NCBI RefSeq assembly: GCF_001194135.2
Contig: NC_069001.1
Coordinates: forward strand, 27,784,197 to 27,841,281
DNA length: 57,085 nt
Origin: Octopus bimaculoides
Lineage: Eukaryota
Direction of reading: 5' to 3'
The notes under the pieces are model-generated. The model was not told the origin of the DNA. It searched no databases and saw only the letters and a program-made list of their open reading frames with translations. Every line of letters starts with the position of its first letter. Position 1 is the stretch's first letter. A program made the position numbers and the translations under genes. This document shows positions 37,088 through 48,952 of the stretch, in pieces.

Positions 37088-37345
37088 TTTGTGATCATAA
37101 TATCTCGGTAAAAGTAGTTGACAAGCTCAGGAAATATAAACGTTTGCTCATTGAAATTGAAAAATGTGGCATTTCAAGGNNNNNNNNNNCGGTTTCAATA
37201 CCAGCGATTTTGGGAACTCTAAGAATAAATAAAAAAAATGTACTGAAACTTATTTGAGAATTATCTCTGGCTTGCCATTCATGCAGGAAGTACAAACGAT
37301 TGTTATAACTCGTACGTTTTAACATATTAAGAAGAGAATTGTTGA
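37088..37345 (+). mobile_element. R4/Dong-like LINE 3' fragment (same family as 14405-14762)
   Basis: CDHNISVKVVDKLRKYKRLLIEIEK.WHFK..VSIPAILGTL...TETYLRIISGLPFMQEVQTIV...ILRREL. Confidence 0.75.
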
Positions 37346-37589
37346 TGTGAGAATGAATACCACCATGTATTTTATTTATTTATTTTTTTTGTTTTGGCAT
37401 ATAACGTCATTTAATTTGGAAATTAACAATATCTGTTGTGCCTAGTCAAATGGCCTATCAGTGTATTCAGTGATATCCCTAAGAGTGGCATCCATGTATA
37501 CAGTTTATTGCCGAGCATTTGGAACGACGCTGCACAAGAAATGGATACAAAATTAAAAGAGAGATTGTAACGTCGTGCACACATGGTTG

Positions 37590-37702
37590 TGAAGCATGTG
37601 CCTGGTGTACTCTTATCAGACGGGTAGTCATGATTGGTATACTGGGCTTCGCATATTTTACCCCAGTGTCACTTTCATGGCATGCACTGCTCTCTCACTC
37701 AA
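37590..37702 (+). mobile_element. 3' tail of an octopus-type retroposon
   Basis: CTTATCAGACGGGTAGTCATGA.GGTATACTGGGCTTCG...CATGCACTGCTCTCTCACTC followed directly by an (AAT)n tail. Family identity is recalled only. Confidence 0.5.
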
Positions 37703-37754
37703 TAATAATATTAATAATACTAACAACAACAACAATGATAATAATAATAATAAT

Positions 37755-37961
37755 GGCATCAAGAGGAATATAAAGGAAATTGGAATAGAGTGCCCAGTAG
37801 AACTGTTACAAAAGGTTTGTCTTCTTGGCATGGGAGGATGATCAGAAGAATATCAGATAGCAGAAGATGACGAATAGCATGCTACGGTAGGCCGCAGGTA
37901 GTAACCCCGCTATGGATGCAAGACTCCAGGAACTCCAACAAAATCTATGATAAAGAGAAAA

Positions 37962-37965
<4 letters not shown>
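37755..37965 (+). mobile_element. R4/Dong-like LINE extreme 3' fragment
   Basis: GIKRNIKEIGIECPVELLQKVCLLG matches the LQK..LLGT..I.R.VL terminal motif. (AAT)n lies on the 5' side and (ACT)n(AAT)n on the 3' side. Confidence 0.7.
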
Positions 37966-37993
<28 letters not shown>

Positions 37994-38011
37994 ATAATAA
38001 TAATAATAATA

Positions 38012-38250
38012 ATGAAGAACTCAGAACGCAAAGCCGGACGAATTGCCGCTAAACATATTGAACGCCATTCAAAGGACACCACCAGCTCGTTATCAATTAT
38101 AACAATAATAATGGGTTTCAAATATTGGCACATGGCCAGCAAGTTTGTGAGTGTGGGTAAGTCGACTTAGTAAACAACTGGTACTTTTTTAATCAACTCC
38201 GAAATGATGAAAGGCAAAGTCGACCTCATAGGAATTTGAACTCAGACACT
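38012..38250 (-). mobile_element. Two SINE family A pieces (head 38012-38090, body 38112-38250)
   Basis: GAACTCAGAACG...CCGCTAAACAT...CAGCTCG, and GGTTTCAAATATTGGCAC...CTGGTACTT...GATGAAAGGCAAAGTCGACCTC...AATTTGAACTCAG. Confidence 0.75.
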
Positions 38251-38744
38251 GGAAAATCCGAATATAGAAAAAATTCAAAAGATAGTGCTCATGGAAACTG
38301 CCCATATCTTACATACAGTAATGCTTATGTAATTCCCAAAATATTTTAATCCATAAACAGTGTCAAAATACTTTTAAATGTACATAACAGCAAACAACTT
38401 TTACTGTAATCTCCCCATCACACTATCATCCTATGATCAAATTACTTTAAAGAAAACTTCTAATTTACTTCTGTTTTGACAGCTATTCACTAGAATTATG
38501 CTCTATGCAAAACCAAATATATGGCATCCTAAACATAACACCAACTCGAACTTCTAACTTGTTGTCTCTTGAGGTCAACGCAAAAGCCAAACATTTAATT
38601 ATAAGAATAAAAATGATAATGATAATAATAATAATGATGATGATAATAATAATTTTAATAATAATAATAATGATATTATTATTATTATTAATAATAATAA
38701 TAATAATAATAACAATAATAATCTGTTGTACTAACGTACAAGAA

Positions 38745-38932
38745 TTGATATTTTGGTGGAGGAGTTAAGTTGATTACATCGACTCCAGTTCTCAACAGGT
38801 ATTTCTTTTATCGATCTCGAAAGGATGAAACAAAAAGTCGACCGCGGAAGAATTTGAACTGGGAACATAAAAACGGAGGAAATGTCGCTAAGCATTTAGC
38901 TCGGCATGCTAACGATTCTGATAGCTCGCTAT
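38745..38932 (-). mobile_element. tRNA-derived SINE, family A
   Basis: Reverse complement AGCGAGCTATCAGAATCGTTAGCATGCCGAGCTAAATGCTTAGCGAC...CAGTTCAAATTC. (ATT)n on both sides on the SINE strand. Confidence 0.85.
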
Positions 38933-38961
38933 CAATAATGATAATAATAATAATAATAATA

Positions 38962-39122
38962 ATCCTTTCTATTGTGGGTACAATGCCAGAAATTTTAGAG
39001 GACATGTCAAGTCGATGGTATAGACCGCAGTACTCAACTGGTACTTATTTTACCGATCCCGAAAGGACGAAAGGCAAAGTCGACCTCGGCGGAATTTGAA
39101 CCTAGAAAGTCGCAACGGGTGA
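38962..39122 (-). mobile_element. SINE family A, 5'-truncated
   Basis: AACTGGTACTTATTTTACCGATCCCGAAAGGACGAAAGGCAAAGTCGACCTCGGCGGAATTTGAACC. Tail TAGAAAGG(ATT)n on the SINE strand. Confidence 0.85.
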
Positions 39123-39129
39123 AATACAA

Positions 39130-39486
39130 TAATAAGAGCACTCAGAGAGCGCAACCCTCTACCAAGACAACATGAGCGTCTTCTCAATGATTAAATAGAA
39201 ATGATGTTTAAGATGAGGATCTATGAAATAAACTCGACTGCTCTCACAAAGAGGACTACTAAAAATGAACCTGACCGCTCTCAAAAATGAGGTAAAAAAC
39301 CGGAAAATAATCTAGAATCACTGTCCGGTACAAGATCGCTCCCAAAATCTTATCAGTTCATGCCGGTCACGAGCGCAAATATCCTGGAATGTTTCATCCG
39401 AATCCATCCAGTGGTTCTTGAGATATCTTGTCTACGGACAAACATACACGATTGAAAACAATGCCCCCCTCCTTCGTTAAGGCAGA

Positions 39487-39490
<4 letters not shown>
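39130..39490. mobile_element. Non-autonomous Helentron/HINE-like element
   Basis: Left subterminal CCCTCTACCAAG and right stem-loop CCCTCCTTCGTTAAGGCAGAGGTAAT. The internal GGATGGATTCGGATGAAAC..TTC block and ACAAAC repeats are typical of this class. It sits in TT/(AAT)n context. Confidence 0.6.
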
Positions 39491-39525
<35 letters not shown>

Positions 39526-41774
39526 CGATAATAATAATAATCGACATTTAATGATAATAATAATGGAAAGAAGAAAGACAAGGTGGAGGAAGGGGAGGTG
39601 TGGGTGGAGTTGTTGGTTGTGTTTGTGATGGTGGAGGAGGAGGGAGGATACTTTATTGAATATATTTGACCGTACATTATAAGTACATGATAGCTACTTT
39701 AAAGAGAGTGTTTGAATTGTTATATCAAATTGTTTTCAGTTATTTTTCCTATAGTACACAGGACAGCGTCTTCCGTTGATTCATTCGCCCAGAATGTTCT
39801 TGCACTGTAATGTATTGAATAATTTCGTGTTTGCAGTCCATCTACTCTCGCCTTAAATGCCTCTAATCCCCTTATTGTTGGTGGCGATGTTTTAGCAAAA
39901 ATGTTTGGATTCAATATGAATTATGTTTTCTTCAAAGTATTGTTACGTTATATAAAGACATATTCTTTGCGATTTTCAAAAGGATCTCCTGCTTTAGACT
40001 TCGTTTCATTTTTGAGTTGCAAATTTTGTGCTGTATCTCTGTCTCTCTTTCATTTTCATTTTTGTCGGTGTTTGATTTCATCTTGGTTTGAAATGATATT
40101 TATGTATTTTTTTTTCAGCGATGCTTATCATCCTGTTTCATTGTGTTTATCTCCTCCTACATAGAAAGGGTTTAAAGAAAGTTCCCATATTTCTTTATGT
40201 CGGTTATACTCGCTGTATATATTTTATTTTTCTACTGGTGATATTTATATTCGCCTTTATTTTCACTAATCTACAAAGGCAACGTTTGTGGGGTCTTTTT
40301 TTTACAATCGTAGTTGCCATTTCATCTTTTATATAAATACAAGCCTCTATTGTTGATCCAGAGAAATATATTCTATCGATTTTAATTCTTAAAATATTTT
40401 CATCTGTAGATTATTATCATATTTAAAATTTCCATTTTAGAAATTTCCAGTCTTAAAGCATTCTCGAATTCACCTGTGTTGCCGTATTTGTTTTCTTAGT
40501 CTTTTGTTTATCAATAATCTCTAGTTGTGCGCGAATTTCTTTGTATTTTGAATTTGTACTTCTTTGGCATCTTGTTTTGCTTCAGTTTTATCTATTTTTC
40601 TGATTCACATTCTCCCTATTTATAGATTTAATACTTTCATCTTTCGTGTTTTAATTCTTAATATTGTATTTTTTCTTTAAGTTAAATTTATTTTGCGCAT
40701 TTAGTTATTGTGCTTAATATTTTTTTACCATTTGTATAAGAATATATCTTCTTGAAGTAACTAGTTTATAACATTCCAGAATTTCTTTTAGTATCAAGGT
40801 TATTTCCTTTTCAGATATTACTCCTGAATATTGTGGTAGTATTGTCTTTTTATTTGAAAAGTCAAATCAAATCGTGTTGTTCCCATAACATTTTTGCCGT
40901 TGAGGTAACTGAATTTTTACTGAATGTTTACCAATACTTCAGCCCAACATGGCTTTTGACTTTCGTCTATGCTATCAACCTGATGCTTATCTCAAAACCT
41001 TTGACCGCTACTATGCTTGTTTGCTGTCTTGTTTTAAATTTCATTTTCTAAACAAGAATGTGTTTGCAAATTGTCTTTACTATCTGCTTTCATGACCATA
41101 CAACTCCATTTTGCTTCGTCTGACATTATCGACAAGACGTCTATTCTTTCAAACTAATTATGATTATGTTCGTGTAATACTGACACCTTAGCTTGACAGT
41201 CCTTCAATATTTGAATATTGATATACAAATGCAATTCATACTCAGCGAATTGCATTTGTTGTTGGGGAACAAACACGCCATAAATAGCATGGCCGTGAAC
41301 GAACAGGACGTTACTACGTGCGTCTTATTGCTTGTGTGAGTGTATGTTTATATATCTTTGTTTACGTTTATGAATATACATATATACTTACAAATTTAAT
41401 AATTCACTATGTGGCCTTTTTATTCACACATTTTCCGCTGATGCTCTTAAATCTTACTCCTTCTAATAAAATATATCCTTGTCAATGCTGAAACATATGA
41501 AGGAGTAATTGTAATGTTCATGTCGCAAATGACATTAGCAGAAATTGTCTAGAATTTAGCGAAACTAAAAGGGTAAAAGGTGCACTTTTGTGTTCGGTTT
41601 CTAACTTAATGATTGTATCATTTATTTTAATGAAAATATATTATCCGATTTACTCTTATTATATTACAGATTGTTATATTTGCTAATAGCATTGTCATGG
41701 TATCGCGAAGATTTTTTTCGTATTGTTTAATTTGCTTTATAGCAGTATTTTGTCATTACAACAAGGAGATGAAA

Positions 41775-42183
41775 ATGATGATGATGATGATGATGATGAT
41801 AATGACGATCATGATGATTTTGACGATGATTCATGTAATTGACCACAAAGGTCCAATACGCAGCTAGGGTTCGTGCAAATATCTATATGTAGATGCTGAC
41901 GTCAATAAAAGTGCAACGTAATTAATAACAATAACAGTATAAGAAGTAGAAAGAGAAATAGAAGTAGAAGAGGAAGAAGCAGAAGGGGGACAGGAAGAAG
42001 AAGGAGAAGAAGAAGAAGAAGAAGAAGAAGAAGAAGAAGAAGAAGACGAATAAGAACGTCAACGACACGAACTAAAGCAACAATAACAACAGCAGCAATT
42101 ATAGAAATAAGGATAATTATAAAATTATCACCAGTACCACCACCAGCATCACTATTACTACTACTACTACCACCACCATCATC

Positions 42184-42214
<31 letters not shown>

Positions 42215-42430
42215 CTACTATTACTACTATTACTACCACCACCACCACCATCATCACTACTACTACTGCTAATACTACAAACACTAATATCAACAACAGC
42301 ACCACCGCTGACATCAACAACGACAGCAAAATCAACAGCATCATGAACAATAATAATAATAACAACAACAACATTAATAATAATAGTAATAATAATAATA
42401 ATAATAATGATAATTTGCAGACGCTCAAGA
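41775..42430. repeat. Compound trinucleotide array (GAT)n-(GAA)n-(ACT/ACC)n-(AAC/AAT)n
   Basis: Read directly. The motif drifts along about 650 bp. Confidence 0.9.
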
Positions 42431-44409
42431 ACAATAGGGAGATGAAGAATTGCTCGTAAATTAGCTGCTAAGCATTTCCTGATATGATACCACGCGTTTC
42501 TTGGTTCATTTCCCTAAAGACACTTTCTCCATTTATTTACTTTTGAGAAGACATTAGTAGGGTTTCCATTTCTCTTTTAACACGAAAGCAAAAAATCCTT
42601 CAATGAAAAGTAAAGAAATAGAAAAAAAAGTTCTATAAACAAGACGAATGGTATTGAAAGTCATTGTTGTCATGACAATATATGTCACCCATTGAAACAG
42701 TTATTTTCTTACTGATTAATACTTTTCTCGGTGGATATGAACGTGACGATTTTGCTTTAGTTATATAGGAAATAATAGCTTGAGTCATTCAACTTCCTGT
42801 AGATATCGCGGACAGGGTCCTTCTGGAGCAATATATTGGAAAATAAATTAGGTAAGAAAATGAAAAATATACAAATAAATTTCTACGTAGTGACATTTTG
42901 GACAATTGTTTCGTTTCGTAGCCCTAGTCCAAGAAAGGAGTGTTTTAGCAGCAGAGAAAGGACTAGACGTACGGGTATCGATTGTTGGACTAAAACCCTT
43001 CAAGTGGCCGTAGTCCACTGATTCAACAAAATTAAAAGACAAATATGCCAATTTCATTTAGGCTAGATTTGCAGCATTTCATACATGAAAATGCAAGAAA
43101 ATATATGTCGGTCAATCCGTAATCATGAAAGACATAAAGCCGTAACTTATGAATGGCAGAAGCTAAGTGTAGTACAATCTTTAAAAAAATATTTTGCTAT
43201 TTAATATTGAAGACAGAGTTCATGATCCTTCACAAGGCCTTTATGATCTATGGTTGGGAAGCAGAAGTTATCCATGATGTGATGAAGTCACATCATGGTT
43301 TGAAGTCTTACAACGGTGTGGACATCCGCTAAAGTCAGTGAAGTTGCAGTTGATAGACAGTTAAACCGGGTGATGGATTAAGTTTTCTTTCCACTAGTAA
43401 ATTTACTGACCAAAATCAAGGTCTGTATCTAAGGATTAAATCTACCACCTGGTGGTATATCTAAAATAGGAAAATGAATTCGGTTGCACAAAATGAAACC
43501 TGCTACTTTAAAGTTTATCGGCTAATATAATAAATATTATACAAGGATAGATCTACCACCCAAGATTAAGCCTACTGTTGTATATTAACTCTACTATCCA
43601 ATATTTCATCCATCACGTATGGTTATGACTCTCAGCCAAAATAATATCTGACACACTAAACAAAGTCTAGCAAATCCACTATCTTTTGAGCCCCTTTCTT
43701 GACGCCAATCGGCAATCGGGCCTTGCAGAAATGTCGACTTCTCTCAACCCCTGTTCCTGCAGTGTACTGAATTTATTTCTTGTTTTTGGGGATATGTTCA
43801 CTGAAACTTTGTTGCATTAGAAATATTTATCAAGTATAATAATGACGATTCACTGACGTTGGTCATATTTTCATATTCTGATTTGTCTAAACAATTGATT
43901 CATTTTATTTAACTAACTAGATCCCTGATAAACTTTTCGATATTTCAACTGTGTTATAGAGATATTACAATATTTGGTGTTTACATATTTATTACGAAAT
44001 ACTATTCTCTATGATATTCTAAACGTGGTGAAGCTCTCTTTTAAATTCTATATATGACTAGATAAATCAATACTTGTGTTCATGCATATTTAAGAGAATA
44101 ACTGATCTGTAAGTATATTTTACACACACCCATATTAGATGGTATAGAATTCAGAATGGATATTCTTTCGATATACTGAGGCTTCTGATTGTATTTGCAA
44201 TCGTATAGTAACAACTCACCAAATCAATATAAGGTGCCTTATCTCCGATATATGTATATGGAAAAGAGATGCGTCACGAATTCCGATGAAAGAAATGTTT
44301 AGGAGCAGCAAACCGATTGCATGATCATTGAATGCATGATTATAACACATAGTTGGTAGTTCAGCCAGCGACAATTTGCTATTACTTTGTCAATATTACG
44401 GACGAAGTT

Positions 44410-44595
44410 AAAGCGGCAGGCTGGAAAAACCGTTACCGCGCCGGACAATACCCTAAGCAGAATTTGTTCCAATTTTGCGTTCTGAGTTCAAATGCCACCG
44501 GGATCGATAAAATAAGTACCAATTGAGCACTGAGGCTAATGTAATCGACTTACACCGTCCACTCAAATTAGAGACCTTGTACCAAAATTTCAAAC
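44410..44595 (+). mobile_element. SINE family A with internal deletion
   Basis: AAAGCGGCAGGCTGG head and B box GAGTTCAAATGCC. The body jumps to GATCGATAAAATAAGTACC. Flanked by a degenerate 19-bp direct repeat. Confidence 0.82.
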
Positions 44596-45756
44596 CAATA
44601 TTATAGATGAAGCTACAACCGAATTTAGTTTATGTGAATTGAAAGAAATATAAAACCTATTCACAGCAGAGAAGGATGTGGAAATTTATTCCAGGCAGTT
44701 ATAACTTGAGAGTTTTACTAGATTATATGTGTTCTTTACATTTTTTGTTTTTTGTATTTGTTAACTATGAAGCATCTTTATAAGAGTCATATGTGATTTT
44801 TTTGTTGTTATTCACATTTCAGCTGAAAGCAATAATATCTGATGATATGCTGCGAATTCGTTTAGTTGTATTCTGAATAGTTTCTTTAAAATGATATTTT
44901 GTTCATCAAAATTGTTGTCGATGTATAACATTTTTCTATTAGGCTTCATGTAATTGGGAAGTGTCGACCTGTCACACAGCTTCCACTTCAGTTCGTAAGT
45001 TCCGTCACACGTTCATCTATTCCCCTCCTATCTCTCACACACACACACAGAGACAGGTACACACATACACACACACACGCACACACGCACATACACATTC
45101 ACATACAAATATTTTAATACTTTAAATGTAATATGTCTCTCTGTCTCTCAAAGTTTTTGTTTTCAGTTCTTAAAAACATCGTTAAATAGCATTTAGTTGC
45201 CGCATTACGAAAAATATGAAATTTCTTAGTTTAGATGATGTAAAGTTTTTCGAGTAGTAAAACAAATCTATGAACCTTCATATTCATTCATAAATTACCC
45301 TTCACAAACCTTACAAATATATACACGCCTATTTTATTATTTTCGTGATAATTTACTTTCAACAGAATGAGTAATTACTTCTGTCTGTTTCACGAAATGT
45401 AAATACATATACGAATATCCCTTGATAATAGTATGGTCAGAAAATTCACAAATATTTGTTTTTATTACTTTACGAAATACGTTATATGTGAAACAAACCA
45501 ATGGAGGATCACAGCTGTCTATCTGTCTATCTATCTATCTATCTATCTATCTGTCTGTCTGTGTGTCTGTCTGTCTGTCTGTCTGTCCGTCCGCCCGCCC
45601 GCCTCTCTGTCTGTCTGTCTGTCTAACTAATCCATCTATCTATCAATCTCTCAAGTTAGTCTGTCTGTCTATACCTATATATACAGAGAGAGAGAGATGG
45701 AGAAAGAGAGAGAGAGATAGCTGTCCTTCCGCCGCCTGTATATACCTATATCGATA

Positions 45757-46808
45757 TACACGTGTATAATTTCCCGGACTAGTTCTGTAGGGTGTCAACA
45801 AATGATAGCACACGGTGCATGCGTAGTGATGGCTAGCAGCGAGCTTCATGAGGCAGTGTGCCGAGTGACACCACTGTGCGCATTTCGCAAGTTGTAAAAT
45901 TTATGTTTTGTGATCACGTATATGCTGTGGTCTGCGATCATGTCATGGACTGGAAATTCTGCGTTAAACTTGCGAAATCTGCTGTAGATTCAATGAGCAT
46001 GCTTCGGTGGCGTGGCAATGGATCATACGAAATGTTTCGAATGGCACGGGTGCTTCGAAAACGGAAGAATGTCCATGCAAGACGATGAGCGATCTAGAAA
46101 AACTGCTACGAGCATCACACCCAGATATGTGAATAAAATTCATCAGCTTGTTAATGAGGACGATCAACGACATTGCTGATGTCCTTTTTTCTGTTGTATG
46201 AGTCCGTGCATGTAATTCTAACATCTGAATTGAACACGCAGCGTCTCTCTGTCAAGTTTGTCCCCTGACCACTGAACAGGAAGAACATCGCGTCGATGTT
46301 TGTCAAGATCTCCGCCTGCGTACAGCTGATGACCCACCCTTCTTTTCCAGAAACATCAGCGCTGACGAGAGTTGAGTCTACGGGGGTGCGACTCTGAGAC
46401 GAAGCAGCAGTCGTCACATTGGGAAATGCCTTCCTCTCCACCAATGAAAAGAGCACCACTGAGCCGCAGCTCAATTGAGAGTATGCTCATGTTTGTTTGT
46501 TTTTTTTTGATGTACGCGGTAGTGTGCATCTAGAATTCGTCCACCTGGGCCAGACCACCAATCGAGATTTCTGCAACGTCTTGAAACGTGTGAAGGAGGA
46601 CATTTTGCGAAAACGACCGGACATGTGGAGCGCGAAGAATTGGATTCTTCATAAAGACAGTGCTCCCCGTAACTAATCTCTCCTCTCTCGTGAGAATATG
46701 TTAAAAAACAACAAGTTATCGATTCCGCCGCTTCAGATTTAGCACCTGCGCACTTCGATCTCTTCCCCAAATTGAAAATGCAGCTCAAAGGTCACCGTTT
46801 TAGCACTG
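45757..46808 (+). mobile_element. Mariner transposon, 3'-truncated, transposase pseudogene
   Basis: Decayed left TIR (…TTCCCGGACTAGTT). Translated motifs KFCVKLAKSA, DDERSRK(P), VKFVP, DES*VYG, HLEFVHLGQT, WILHKDSAP and SDLAPAHFDLFPKLKMQLKG. Multiple frameshifts. Confidence 0.92.
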
Positions 46809-47223
46809 TATATATAAATGCGTGTTTTAACTCGTATATATAATTGCTTGTTTTATGTTATAAAAATCACGATTTTACATGAAACTAAATGATTACACAA
46901 TGCACATGAGAGTGTAGTACTTTATAATTGGTTTGCAAATATAGTATTAACTGTCATATCGAGGTTTCGGCCAGCTAAGTCTTCTTATTCATTCACACAC
47001 ACAGTCGCATGCGCGCACACAGAGCATACACACACATATATATAGTTCAAATTTATAAAAAAAACAAAAACAAAGACGAAAACACGTGTTGGAACAGCAA
47101 GTAAATGGGGGAAAATGGCCTATGTTTCGAGCAAACGCTCTTATACAGAATGGAATAAGAGGAAATATATATAGAGAAAATTAAAGCAAACGCGTTGAGT
47201 TCAGTGGTCCAACATAGCGATAA

Positions 47224-47254
<31 letters not shown>

Positions 47255-47363
47255 TATNNNNNNNNNNNNNNNNNNNNNNNNNNNNNNNNNNNNNNNNNNN
47301 NNNNNNNNNNNNNNNNNNNNNNNNNNNNNNNNNNNNNNNNNNNNNNNNNNNNNNNNNNNNNNN

Positions 47364-47400
<37 letters not shown>

Positions 47401-47848
47401 CAGACAGACAGACAGATAAGAGGTGCCACTGAATCTTCGAATATCAAAGCGTTATCTATGCCTGATAGTATAACCTACAAAGGAAAATCAACCGATACTA
47501 ATATAAGATAGCGCCACAAAAATGAAACCACATAAAAGGAAAACTGATAATCAAGATGCTAAGCATAACAAATGTGTATGAGCATCATCAGCTGCCAAAC
47601 GGATATAATTATAGTTTCGAAATCTGAGCTGTAGCACTTTATACTTATACGTCGGTGTCAGCAGCATTTAAAATACCGGCGCCGACTGAGAAAATTAGCA
47701 TATTAATACAATAGCATTAAAATAAGAAAAAATAGCATTAACTTAGACCTACAAAATAAAGGAAGAACTTATTAAAGAAAGAACGTATCTCAAATGGCTT
47801 TATTTTCGTCTCGCATTCATTAGTTGATTCTTGATATTGCCCATGACT

Positions 47849-47881
<33 letters not shown>

Positions 47882-47883
<2 letters not shown>

Positions 47884-48860
47884 TAGTTTTATTTTTATAA
47901 CGTGCTTTCACTTCACTACCGAGCGCAGCTCTGTGCGCCTTGGGTATGTGCTGTGGTTTGCTGTGGTGCTCTTATGTTTACTGTATTGAAAGTGTTTTGC
48001 GTAGGATGTGTGCAGTACCCAGTAGTGCAATTTTCTGTATGTTATATATATTTGTAAGTCCTGCTATTTTTGTTATGTATTTGTCTGAATATTTTTTTTA
48101 TTATACCTAAGGCACCTACTATGATAGGAATTGTTTCTGTTTTTAGATTCCACATTCGAGTTATCTCTATTTCCAGGTCTTTGTATTTTGAAAGTTNNNN
48201 NNNNNNNNNNNNNNNNNNNNNNNNNNNNNNNNNNNNNNNNNNNNNNNNNNNNNNNNNNNNNNNNNNNNNNNNNNNNNNNNNNNNNNNNNNNNNNNNNNNN
48301 NNNNNNNNNNNNNNNNNNNNNNNNNNNNNNNNNNNNNNNNNNNNNNNNNNNNNNNNNNNNNNNNNNNNNNNNNNNNNNNNNNNNNNNNNNNNNNNNNNNN
48401 NNNNNNNNNNNNNNNNNNNNNNNNNNNNNNNNNNNNNNNNNNNNNNNNNNNNNNNNNNNNNNNNNNNNNNNNNNNNNNNNNNNNNNNNNNNNNNNNNNNN
48501 NNNNNNNNNNNNNNNNNNNNNNNNNNNNNNNNNNNNNNNNNNNNNNNNNNNNNNNNNNNNNNNNNNNNNNNNNNNNNNNNNNNNNNNNNNNNNNNNNNNN
48601 NNNNNNNNNNNNNNNNNNNCAGCCAGAGATAATATGATTAATTGTTTCTTGTCGATCTCCACATATTCTACAGTTACTTGTTATATTTCTTTTCATTATG
48701 TGTTTTTGGTAATTTCTGGTGGGGAGGCTTTGGTCTTGTGCAGCAATTAAAAATCCTTCAGTCTCTGCTTTGAGTCCTGAGCTTCTCAGCCATTGCTGGG
48801 ATTTTTCTCTGTCTATTTCTTTCGCATTTAGTTTAGCCCAGTATTTACCATGTAGGGGCT
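47882..48860 (-). mobile_element. R4/Dong-like LINE 3' portion (CCHC knuckle and REL domain, gap inside)
   Basis: KPLHGKYWAK...WLRSSGLKAETEGFLIAAQDQSLPTRNY...CRICGDRQETINHIISG, [N gap], LSKYKDLEIEITRMWNLKTETIPIIVGALGIIKK...IQKIALLGTAHILRKTLSIQ*. (AAT)n tail. Confidence 0.9.
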
Positions 48861-48884
48861 TTTCTTCTTCTTCTTCTTCTTCTT

Positions 48885-48952
<68 letters not shown>

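Noticed and set aside
46151-46788. ORFs of 105-107 aa on the minus strand
   Set aside because: They are antisense to the mariner pseudogene.
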